From positions 33,649,755-33,713,754 of the forward strand of contig NC_069004.1 in assembly GCF_001194135.2 (NCBI RefSeq): a stretch of DNA of 64,000 nt, given 5' to 3'. Shown one piece after another: positions 53,576-64,000 of this stretch. Made by a program: the position numbers and the translations under genes. The notes beneath the pieces were generated by a model. The model had not been told where the DNA came from, made no database searches, and saw nothing but the letters and a program-made list of their open reading frames with translations. The DNA comes from Octopus bimaculoides (Eukaryota). Each line of letters starts with the position of its first letter. Position 1 is the stretch's first letter.

Positions 53576-53887
53576 TGTACTGGAGTGTGAGTTCGCACGA
53601 GCGACCGTCTGTTTCACTCTTCAACCTTGAAAAAACTAAAGAAACAAAAAGAACTTGACGGGAATTGCCGAACAAATAGACAAAACAGAACCATTTTCAT
53701 TTTCACTTTCGTGATACCATCTCCGAAGGAATGCCAGTTGTGTGTGTGTGTGTGTGTGTGTGCGTGTGTGTGTGTATGCGTGTGCGTGCGTGCGTATGTG
53801 TATTGTGACTTAAGAAGTCTTCAACAACAGAAAAGACCAATAAAGAAAGTCGAGAGAATTGCCGCTTGTCCATGCATGCAGTGACAG
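53570..53887 (+). other. Candidate plus-strand first exon (ATG 53872, MHAVT, donor GTGAGA at 53888)
   Basis: CpG-retaining unique sequence between microsatellites, ending cag|gtgaga; no downstream exon identified. Confidence 0.3.
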
Positions 53888-54472
53888 GTGAGACAAGTGA
53901 CAGGCCATTGTTGTTGTTGTTGTTGTTGTTGTAACAGAGTATTAAGAAACAATAACAAAGCATTTAACTCCTTCTCCTACCCCTCCTCTCTACCTGATGA
54001 CATCATGTACAGGGGAGTGATGGGAGAAGGAGTCACATTTACACACGTCCTCGCACACACACACACACACACGCACACCATTCACACACGCACGTCTTCA
54101 TACTCTCACACATACGCACATACACACACACATTTACATAAACTCTCACATTTATACACACATTTACATATTACTTGCTATCTCTCCCTCTCTGTCTATC
54201 TCTCCCTCTCTCACACACACATTTACATACTCTCTCTACATATACTTTCTCTCTCATACACGTACACACTCTCTATATCTTTCTCTCCCCCTCTCTCTCT
54301 CACACACGTTCATACACACTCCCACACACATTTACATACTTTCTCCCCCTCTCTCTCCCCCACACATACACACTTTTTTCTTTATCCCTTCCTCTCTCTC
54401 ACGCACCCACACACCTTCATACACACACTCCCACACACATTTATCACACACACACACACCTACACCGTGGAA

Positions 54473-54510
54473 ATGCCTGGAAATTCTTATCGATTCAACG
54501 CTAAAAGAAG
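54473..54510 (+). CDS. Candidate short coding first exon MPGNSYRFNAKR
   Basis: gaaATG followed by 38 nt and aag|GTATGT donor; no partner exon seen. Confidence 0.3.
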
Positions 54511-55347
54511 GTATGTCTGACCCGACATTGCAAGTCCTGATCACACCTTACGATTAAATACGTTCCACCTATGACCATCCCGTTTTATTCCTAGACACAA
54601 TGATTCACCATTACATAATTCAACGTGTCCTTCCATTTTTAAAGACAGTAGCGTGTGAATTTAAGGGCTCTTGGTTACTATTTCTTGCGGCTCAAGCAAC
54701 TAGATAAAAAGTCCCTTTTATATGTGTATGTGTGAGTGTGTGTGTAAAAGGGATCAGACAGTAAAATACGCCCGTTTTTAATTCGATCCCTCATCACCAG
54801 AGAGCGCAGGTGGCTGAGCGGTCAAGGTATGTGGTTCATGTTCTGTCCAGGTCAATAAATATATCTACATGTGATCTATATGTTTCCGTCTACATGGTCA
54901 GAAACCACATCTACATGTTGTGGACTTTTACATGTCGATACGTTTTACGGTCAATATGGTCAGCAACAACATCTATAGACGTTTCAAAAATGAAATAAAT
55001 TCACACACACACACACACAATTTTTTGTAGAAATCGTGAGAAATCATTTCCAACATGTACTATAAAAAGAAATCCTACATAGCATATGGAAAATTAATCA
55101 ATAGGTGTCGCTATATTTACAACATGACGCAAGATTGTTTACATTGAATAATGATGAAACGATCGTAAACCATGCATGAAAATAATTTGCTAATTTAGGT
55201 GCGTTCATGATTTAGCTTTAGCAATCAATCGATTGATTGATCGACTGAAAATATACGGAACCTCCTCCACAAGCTATCTACCTCAGAGCGAAAACACACA
55301 CACACACACACACTTGCATATATGTGTATATATATATATATATATAT

Positions 55348-56337
55348 NNNNNNNNNNNNNNNNNNNNNNNNNNNNNNNNNNNNNNNNNNNNNNNNNNNNN
55401 NNNNNNNNNNNNNNNNNNNNNNNNNNNNNNNNNNNNNNNNNNNNNNNNNNNNNNNNNNNNNNNNNNNNNNNNNNNNNNNNNNNNNNNNNNNNNNNNNNNN
55501 NNNNNNNNNNNNNNNNNNNNNNNNNNNNNNNNNNNNNNNNNNNNNNNNNNNNNNNNNNNNNNNNNNNNNNNNNNNNNNNNNNNNNNNNNNNNNNNNNNNN
55601 NNNNNNNNNNNNNNNNNNNNNNNNNNNNNNNNNNNNNNNNNNNNNNNNNNNNNNNNNNNNNNNNNNNNNNNNNNNNNNNNNNNNNNNNNNNNNNNNNNNN
55701 NNNNNNNNNNNNNNNNNNNNNNNNNNNNNNNNNNNNNNNNNNNNNNNNNNNNNNNNNNNNNNNNNNNNNNNNNNNNNNNNNNNNNNNNNNNNNNNNNNNN
55801 NNNNNNNNNNNNNNNNNNNNNNNNNNNNNNNNNNNNNNNNNNNNNNNNNNNNNNNNNNNNNNNNNNNNNNNNNNNNNNNNNNNNNNNNNNNNNNNNNNNN
55901 NNNNNNNNNNNNNNNNNNNNNNNNNNNNNNNNNNNNNNNNNNNNNNNNNNNNNNNNNNNNNNNNNNNNNNNNNNNNNNNNNNNNNNNNNNNNNNNNNNNN
56001 NNNNNNNNNNNNNNNNNNNNNNNNNNNNNNNNNNNNNNNNNNNNNNNNNNNNNNNNNNNNNNNNNNNNNNNNNNNNNNNNNNNNNNNNNNNNNNNNNNNN
56101 NNNNNNNNNNNNNNNNNNNNNNNNNNNNNNNNNNNNNNNNNNNNNNNNNNNNNNNNNNNNNNNNNNNNNNNNNNNNNNNNNNNNNNNNNNNNNNNNNNNN
56201 NNNNNNNNNNNNNNNNNNNNNNNNNNNNNNNNNNNNNNNNNNNNNNNNNNNNNNNNNNNNNNNNNNNNNNNNNNNNNNNNNNNNNNNNNNNNNNNNNNNN
56301 NNNNNNNNNNNNNNNNNNNNNNNNNNNNNNNNNNNNN
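55348..56337. other. Largest assembly gap (about 990 N)
   Basis: N run; similar gaps near 2.7, 3.9, 13.5, 17.0, 19.4, 23.6, 32.5, 37.5, 48.3, 50.6, 59.8 and 60.8 kb, many starting at (TA)n. Missing exons could lie in these. Confidence 0.98.
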
Positions 56338-57074
56338 GCCCGGTGAGAAGATTGAACTCTTTATCTCCTCCTCCTCCCCCTCCTCGTCGTCGTCCTCCTC
56401 CTCCCTCCTTTCAGCTGTACCCATTTTCTCAGACATCTGTTTTAATACATTAAAACTGACGAAAGAAGCAACGAACCATCTCGTTTTGTTTCTTCACCTC
56501 GTTTTATCCGTTGCCGGTCGGCTGGCTGGTTGGTTGGTTGGCTGGCTGGCTGGCTGACTCGCTGGCTGGCTGGCTGGCTGGCTGCTCATGCTCTACCGTG
56601 GTGGCCGAACCTCCTTCCCTAACGTGCTCACTCAGCCTGCTAGAAATAATAGCCAAGTCTCCTTTAACATACACACTACAGTCTCTGCATCGTATATATG
56701 TGTTTGTGTGTGTGTACCGTTATAGCCCCAGGCCGAGCAAGGCCTTGTGAGTGGATTTAGTAGACAGAAACTGAAAAGAAGCCCGTCATAGCTGTGTGGT
56801 TAAGAAGCTCGCACTTCGCAACCACGATGTTTCGAGTTCAGTCCCACCTCGAGCAAGCATTTTCTACGATAGTCCCGGACCGATCAATGCTTTGTGAGTG
56901 GATTTAGTTGATGGAAACTGTATGAAATCCCATATGTGCGTGATTGTCTTCAGACTACTTGATAACCGGTGTTGGTTCATTTATGGCTCTGTAACTTAGC
57001 AGTAGAATAAGTACCAGAACTTAAAAAGCATAAATACTGGTGTCAATTTGTTTGATCAAAACCTTCGAGGCGGT

Positions 57075-57720
57075 GCCTTACCGCTGTTCGATCATCGTCA
57101 CCAACTTTCGTTCACCTTCTGTCTCCTCCCCGACAGAATCGTTTCGTCAGCGGAGCCGCCCTACTGACCTGCAGCACCTCACATGAAGCACGTCATCTCA
57201 GACGCCTTCTGTCATCTGGTGTCATCCACCCTTACTTTCCATTCTTCACACCCATACAACACTACTGGCCAGACCAGGGGTTCTTTTAAGAGGTTTCACT
57301 TAGAGCTTTTACTGAGGGCACAGTCTGTCTGTATTGTACTTAGTGACCTCAGGAATGGTCTTCCTGCACCAAGTCTTTTGCCGATTTCCAAGCTGCAGTC
57401 CATTGTCTTATCAACAACGAAGGCCCAGGTACTAGAACCTGTCAACCAGGGGTAGCCTAAACCCTTGACATCGTAAGACAAGCCGCCCTCGTTCCCCACT
57501 GGCTGCTGTGATCTTTGTCTTTTAGTTCTGGTCTCGAACGGAAACTCACAAGAAAGATTCCACTACAAATTCATTAAATTACAATTCCGGTCTTCAGATT
57601 TAAACTTTGCTGTGAAGCAAACCACATTCTCGTTTGCTGCATTTAACAGTCGTTCTAATGATTCCTTGCATAATCTGCTATATAGACAGCAGCCACATTT
57701 TGGCAGTCATGAACCCAGCG
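57075..57720 (-). mobile_element. RTE-clade (BovB-like) LINE relic
   Basis: Minus frames give DKTMDCSLEIGKRLGAGR and LVWPVVLYGCEEWKVRVDDTR*QKASEMTCF, matching the RTE block DCS.EI.RR...LV.PV..YGCE.W.......AFEM.C; multiple stops. Confidence 0.8.
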
Positions 57721-57995
57721 TGGTATTTTCTCCTGTCGTAGCAGCTTATTTACAGAGCCTACTTAACTAACCATTTGTAATAGCTACAGATTTGTCCTTC
57801 CTGTGTACAAACTTTGTCGTTTTGCAGTTTTAATTCGAGGCCAGCATGGAAAATGTTATATCTGTGTGGGGAAATAAAATTCTGTTAATTGTTCACGAGT
57901 GTTGTGCATTCATTATACGCAGCCGGAACCGGGCTCAACCACCAATAGCTCACGTCGTTCGTTCTATGACCAACGTGACACTTGGTAACCACACC

Positions 57996-58176
57996 CACTA
58001 GACTGAGGAGGGGTCCGCTTTGAGCGGCACTTTTAAAAGGGCGGCACTTTTAAAAGGGTGACACTTTTTCATCCTGTTGTAGAGTATTGTTGCAGGAAAT
58101 ATGTGCTTTTTGTGGGGTCCGGGCGCGGCAAACGGAAGGACCACCCCGGGCGGTACACACTCTAGCTACACTAGTG
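57996..58176 (+). mobile_element. hAT-like MITE, copy 2
   Basis: Same internal sequence and right TIR (ctctagctacactagtg); left TIR reduced to cactag; flanks accacacc / accacatc (7/8 match); internal tandem of gcggcacttttaaaagg. Confidence 0.7.
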
Positions 58177-58865
58177 ACCACATCTTCATATTTTGGCATA
58201 CAACAGAAGCTCAAGGGTTTAACCTACGATGACACCTTAACTGTTAATTAATTTAGCTCAAAGATGATAATAAAACTCATAATTTCATAAACGCGAGGAA
58301 GAAATGTCGCTAAAACGCCAGAAAAAATGTCATGCAGCTTTTTTCTTCAGGCTCTTCAAGAGCTGAGTTCAAATCCCGCTGGGGTCAACTTCACCTTTGT
58401 TCCATCTTTCTCGGATCGATACAATATCAGTGAAGGACTGATGGCGATATAATATCCTTTCTAGAGAAGCATCTTAGACGTGAATGGAATTATGAAAGAA
58501 GACAATAAAGCCTTCAACGAGATTTGATCTCATGAACGTGAAAGACCGTAAATACCACAAGGCCTCTTGTGTGCGGTGCTCTAGCGATTCTTTCTGTCAA
58601 ATCCAAGGCAGTGAAGTTGCTACGATCCCGCCTTCTAAGTCTATCTAAGAGTACATAAACCAACGCGTCCTCTTCCTTTAAGACTGCGACGGAGGGTTTC
58701 GACGGCTGCTAAATCTAGCAAATCGAGGTTCCACATGAATTACAAGGCTCCCTCCTTTGTTGAGTTTTTCATTCAGCTTCATGGGTTGACGGGAGGGAAG
58801 GGAACCCCTCCTCCCCACAAAAAGACGCCCCGTTTTTTTTAGAAATACAGGGGGCGACGCAGACG

Positions 58866-58873
58866 TGACGTCA
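58866..58873. promoter_or_regulatory. Perfect CRE palindrome TGACGTCA in CpG-retaining unique sequence
   Basis: ggcgacgcagacgTGACGTCAcc; 58500-58880 keeps many CpGs relative to surroundings. Confidence 0.4.
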
Positions 58874-59083
58874 CCAAACTATTCTCTTTAAAAACAAAAA
58901 ACAAACAATGCTGTATAAATTTGCGATACAATGAAGTGGTGTGTGTGTGTGTGGAGATGGATATACGTGTGTGTGGGTGAGTGTGTATGTGTGTGTGTAT
59001 GTGTGAATTTATGTGTGGGGTAGGTGTGTTTGGGAGTACGTCTGTGTATGTGTAGTGGGCGGGAGTTGTCTGTGTGCAGTGTC

Positions 59084-59120
<37 letters not shown>

Positions 59121-60164
59121 CTATGAGCATTAATGTATGTGCGCGCGTCTACATGAGGATCAGTGTGTGTGCGTGTGTATATGTGTGTATGTATGTCTGT
59201 GTGTGCGTGTCTGCGTATATGTGTGTGCTTGTCTATGTACGTGTGTGTATGTCTGCGTATGTTTGTGCCTGCATGTGTGTGTGTGTGTGTGTCTGCGTAT
59301 GTCTGTATGTGCATGTCTATGTACTGTGTGTGCCTGCGTATGTGTGTGCACGTCTATGTATATATGTGTATGTTTGCATATGTGTGGGTGCATGTCTATG
59401 CATGTGTGTGTCTCTGCGTATGTGTGCGTCCTTACCCCACAAATACACTCTTTTTTGTTGGTGGTTGTGATGTGGGGGGTGGGGTGGGGTGGCAATAAAA
59501 TGGAACGATCTGGAGTAAAACAAGGCAGTATTCTTGACGATTTCCGAAAACACTCGCCCAGAACGGCAAACAGGCTTCTGCTGCTGCTGCTGCTGTTGAC
59601 GATGATGGCGCCGATGATAAATATGACAAAAGGATTTATTTCCGAACTTGAAAGGCGGCGGCGACAGCACCGCCATCACCGCCACCATCACAAAACCCAG
59701 CATCGTACCACCAACAGCGACATCACCGCCATCACCACCACCCATTCGTCATTCCAGTGTTATTTAAAAAGTCTAAATGTGACAAATGACCATTTATTTN
59801 NNNNNNNNNNNNNNNNNNNNNNNNNNNNNNNNNNNNNNNNNNNNNNNNNNNNNNNNNNNNNNNNNNNNNNNNNNNNNNNNNNNNNNNNNNNNNNNNNNNN
59901 NNNNNNNNNNNNNNNNNNNNNNNNNNNNNNNNNNNNNNNNNNNNNNNNNNNNNNNNNNNNNNNNNNNNNNNNNNNNNNNNNNNNNNNNNNNNNNNNNNNN
60001 NNNNNNNNNNNNCTACAAATATATAAATAAATAAAATTAATATAGACAGCGGTGTGCAATGTTTTACCAAAAAAGAAAACTGTTATTGTCCCTGAATATG
60101 ATTAGAGTGTTAGAAACACCTACATTGCTAGAAATAAGAGTTAAAATGCTCTAATGCTGTAGTG

Positions 60165-60235
60165 CAGTGGTTCCCAAACTATGAGCCGCGACCAAATGAT
60201 GGGTCACGATCGGAATCCTAGTGGGTCGCAAGAAG
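60165..60235 (+). mobile_element. hAT-Charlie-like 5' end fragment
   Basis: CAGTGGTTCCCAAACT followed by gccgcgacc...gggtcgc; no matching right TIR found. Confidence 0.5.
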
Positions 60236-60617
60236 TTATAAAATTACGCATTAGCTTTGATTTACTGCTGTCTATGGAGATAGTTCAAGACTCATGTTTT
60301 CAATACCAGACTGGTTGTACCCAATCATTTCCACCGAAGCACCGGTAGTACCCTTCAGTAGCGCTGTCAAGCTAAGGACTTCTGGAAGTTGTAATTCGAA
60401 TTAAACATATTAACAGGAATATAGAACTAATTCTTCCAGAGTCTATAAAGGATTGCAAAATAAAAATTACGAGAAACTCCTAAGGCAGTGGTAATACTTA
60501 TAGAATGAGCAACTGATTTTAATTTTTATTAATTAATGAGAAATGAGATCGGGTTACAAATATTCCGGAGGTTGAAAAGATGGCAACATTAAGAAGAGGA
60601 ATTTGAAATAAATTTAA

Positions 60618-60782
60618 ACGCAGGAGTGGCAAGTAGCTTGCTACCAACCACATGGTTCCGGGTTCATTCCCACTGCATGGCAACTTGAGCGAGTGTCTTC
60701 TACTATAGCCTCGGGCCGACCAAAGCCTTGTGAGTGGATTTGGTAGACGGAAACTGAAAGAAGCCCGTCGTATATATGTGTG

Positions 60783-60835
<53 letters not shown>

Positions 60836-61106
60836 NNNNNNNNNNNNNNNNNNNNNNNNNNNNNNNNNNNNNNNNNNNNNNNNNNNNNNNNNNNNNNNNN
60901 NNNNNNNNNNNNNNNNNNNNNNNNNNNNNNNNNNNNNNNNNNNNNNNNNNNNNNNNNNNNNNNNNNNNNNNNNNNNNNNNNNNNNNNNNNNNNNNNNNNN
61001 NNNNNNNNNNNNNNNNNNNNAGTCCTGGGGTCGATTTGCTCGACCAAAGGCGGTGCTCCAGCATGGCCGCAGTCAAATGACTGAAACAAGTAAAAAAGTA
61101 AAAGAG
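60618..61106 (+). mobile_element. Composite SINE copy spanning an N-gap
   Basis: Head 60618-60775, (TA)(TG)n, gap, tail 61021-61106. Confidence 0.8.
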
Positions 61107-62145
61107 ATTTTTAAATCCTCGAATGGCTATGGGGGTCCGTCCGAGCAAAATAAGAATCGAAGGGGTCCATAGGTAAAAAAAGAAATAGCTAAAGACCAGC
61201 GCTCTGTATGATCGACCAACATGCTAGACATAGCAACCAAATCTCTCTCAAAAAAGATAAAATAATAAAAATCACATCCAACCGTCTTGAAAAAAAAAAA
61301 AACTCAAATCAAAGGGCACTTCGGTTCATAACCCTGAAAAGACAGGCTGGTCCTTACTGGAATGTCTTTGATCATACAAGTCTATTTAATTTAGGGATTG
61401 ATCTGGGACTAAGCAACAACCATTTGAAGGATTCTTTTTATTATTATTATTTTATTTTTCCATTTTATATTTTTACCATTTTATGTCTTAATGGCCCCAG
61501 ATGTTCTATTTTAAGGGGTTCCTAATTTTAGATATTTATCTCCTGTTTACCGACTCCCCCATGGTTTCCTTCCATGTAACAGATACAGTTGTGCTGAAGC
61601 ACCTGCACTTACAAACCGTCTCAGATCTTCCCAGATATTTCGCCGAAACTCTTGTTATTAACGTTGAGATATCGTTTATTTGTTGCTAGTGTTGTTATTA
61701 TCAGATGTTGTTGTTGTTGCTGTTGTAGTTTAGGTGTTCTCCAGAGACCCTTTGTAACAACAACAACAGCAACAACAACAATAATAATTTCTGTGGTGTG
61801 TTACATTTGTTTGTCTTCTGTAATTATAATAGCACGCACACACACACTCACACACACAGACACACACACACGTGTGTAAGATGTATGATAAACATGCGTT
61901 ATCCATCGACATAGATGCTTTTCTATGAAGTCTTGTTCCAGAAAAAGATCGCTGCAATAATAAAACAAATATCTGCAATCTATCCCCCAAAGAACGTCGA
62001 GCTAGACTTTGGGGTCCCAACTCCTTTCCCCTCTAACTCCAGATCCAAACTGCAGCCCCCCCCCACCTTCTCTTACAAACAGACACACTAGCTACATTGT
62101 CTTACATCAGTCAGTTTGGTCCAACAACGTCTAACATCGACTTAC

Positions 62146-62161
62146 CTGCTTCTCTCATCAT
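62146..62161 (-). CDS. Candidate coding part of a minus-strand first exon (MMREA, donor CAG|GTAAGT)
   Basis: Consensus donor (plus acttacctg 62140-62148), tandem ATGs, CpG-rich unique 5' region to about 62450. Phase 1, so it cannot join the 5964 exon in frame without intervening exons. Confidence 0.4.
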
Positions 62162-62663
62162 TGTTCTTTCCTCGTTGGCAAGTTGTGTCGGAGAGAGGAC
62201 GGCCATTCTTTGTTAATACGTAACTCGGACGGGAACGAATATCAGTTCACACAATCAAAAAGACACACACGTGTATGCATATGTAATACACACACACACA
62301 CTCACAGTGATCAACAAGCTACGACCACCGACGTCGTCACGGACTGTGGACGCTCCATCGTGTTATTATCAACAAGTTACAAACATTGTGAACTCACCAT
62401 CAGGCAATACCGTCACTAAACTGATGGCCGAATCTTACATGAAATTAACGGGCTAACAGACCCATTAAAATCTCATCTATTGACTCTCTCTCTCTGTAAA
62501 GATAATCTGAAAACTTGAGTGAGGAGAGAAGGCTGCGAATGACCCATCCTTGTTTTTTCCTGTCCTTTGTGTTGTTTTTCCTGTTCGTTTTTGTATCGCT
62601 TATCTGTCCGGACGTTTTATTGTCGTCTGTTGCGTTCTTGTTCCATTTTTTAAAGATATATAT

Positions 62664-63030
62664 AGCCTTGAAACTCTACTCTCTCCGGCGGCGCCGCGAG
62701 CGGTACATCATTTGCACGATGTGGGGAATATACCGCCAGCATTGCCCAACCGACCTGAACATTACTTTCAAGGTTCATCCAAGGCTGGGACCACGGGCCA
62801 TGCGTCCCCTGTCCAATTCAAGATCACACCATATAGGTACATTGCGGCATAATTTCTTTTCCTCAACAGGCCCTGCCCTGTTTAACATTGTCCCAAAACT
62901 GATCAAAGAGGAAAAGGATCCCATCACCTTTAAACAACAGAGTCTGGACAAATTTCTTCAAGGAATACCAGATAAGCCACCTGTACATGGATACTCGAAT
63001 GGACCATAATACCACAAAACTTGACTTAAA
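62664..63030 (+). mobile_element. CR1/L2-type LINE 3' end, 5'-truncated
   Basis: LKLYSLRRRRERYII...GPALFNIVPK...FK..LDKFLQGIPDKP..GY resembles the CR1-group ORF2 C-terminus (L.SLE.RR.R...LFN.LP..FK..LD.FL..PD.P). Confidence 0.75.
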
Positions 63031-63168
63031 AAGGATTTAGATAATCCTATCAGGTGGTGCTATTAAGTCAGACATGGCCTGGACCAATCTTTGGTCGAAA
63101 TATATCTAAGTTTATATATATATATATATATATACAGGGGGTGTAAAAGTAGAGACAGATAGATAGAT

Positions 63169-63211
<43 letters not shown>

Positions 63212-63844
63212 CAGATAGATAGGTGAATAGATAGACAGACAAACAGACAGATAGATAGGTGAATAGATAGACAGACAAACAGACAGACAGACAGATATAT
63301 ATATAATAATACAAATAATATGTGAGTATATGCATGTATACGTACATGTATGTACATACCTACATCTACAAAAATATACAGACAGACAGGTAAATAGATT
63401 GATCGACCTACGAATACAAACATGCGTGCGCCCTGTATGGCCGAGAATATAAGATTTACTGACAATGTGTGCTTTCCTAGACATCGAGTTCCACTAACAA
63501 TTGATATTTTCCAACTTTTATCCTGGGTGCTCAGGTCTAGATATGATGATAAGGAAAAAGGGGTGGCGGGGATACCGTATACATAACGAATGTTTTATCT
63601 CGCTAAATCGTAACACTCAGTTCAAATAACTAAAAATAGTCACCATGAGGAGGTACATTTCTGATGCAACCAGGCGCAACGGGAATACCGTGTAAATATA
63701 TACATTTATTTTTATTTATTTATTATTATTTTTTTTGCAATTAATAGACTTTGTTTTTATTAGCAACAATTTTTTAAGGAAGAAAAGAATGAAAAAACAT
63801 TAAAAGTATAAAAGATTAAATTATCGAGAGAGAAAAAAAACCCC

Positions 63845-63989
63845 GGCATTCCTTCGATATTGGTCTACAGAGTGTTGGCATGAAGAGATGACGTCTTTTG
63901 CCCTCTTTTTCGGCGTAGTCTCTTTATCTATGCCATGAGGGAAGGTTGTTCAGGTGAATGATGTCATGTATCAATATCGAAGGATTGCC
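63845..63989. mobile_element. Putative small TIR element
   Basis: 18-bp inverted repeats ggcattccttcgatattg (63845-63862) / caatatcgaaggattgcc (63972-63989), 17/18 match. Confidence 0.45.
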
Positions 63990-64000
63990 AAAAATCCATG

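Noticed and set aside
54807-54835. tRNA-like start gcgcaggtggctgagcggtcaagg
   Set aside because: A-box-like segment only, no cloverleaf or B box; likely SINE head remnant.

Overview
Eukaryotic, AT-rich, repeat-saturated draft-assembly sequence with about 13 long N-gaps and several short ones. The SINE, LINE and microsatellite landscape looks like a coleoid cephalopod (Octopus-like); this is inferred from remembered repeat families, not from a search. Nearly all ORFs in the supplied track are microsatellite or N-gap artefacts. One internal coding exon is well supported (minus strand, 5717-5964, canonical AG/GT, one open frame, protein not recognised). It probably splices to a terminal exon near 447-964. 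Three weak ATG-GT first-exon candidates and a CRE site lie at 53.5-62.2 kb. The rest is mobile DNA: CORE-type and Meta-type tRNA SINEs, a (GAT)n-tailed non-autonomous element, three decayed RTE-clade LINE fragments, a CR1/L2-like 3' end, a mariner C-terminal relic, hAT, piggyBac and Charlie-like MITEs, and a 280-bp foldback. The most notable signal is three minimal hammerhead-ribozyme-like motifs of the Penelope-like-element type (9143, 25018 minus, 48846). Two of them show a compensatory base change in stem II. All three have C at core position 4, so catalytic activity is uncertain.
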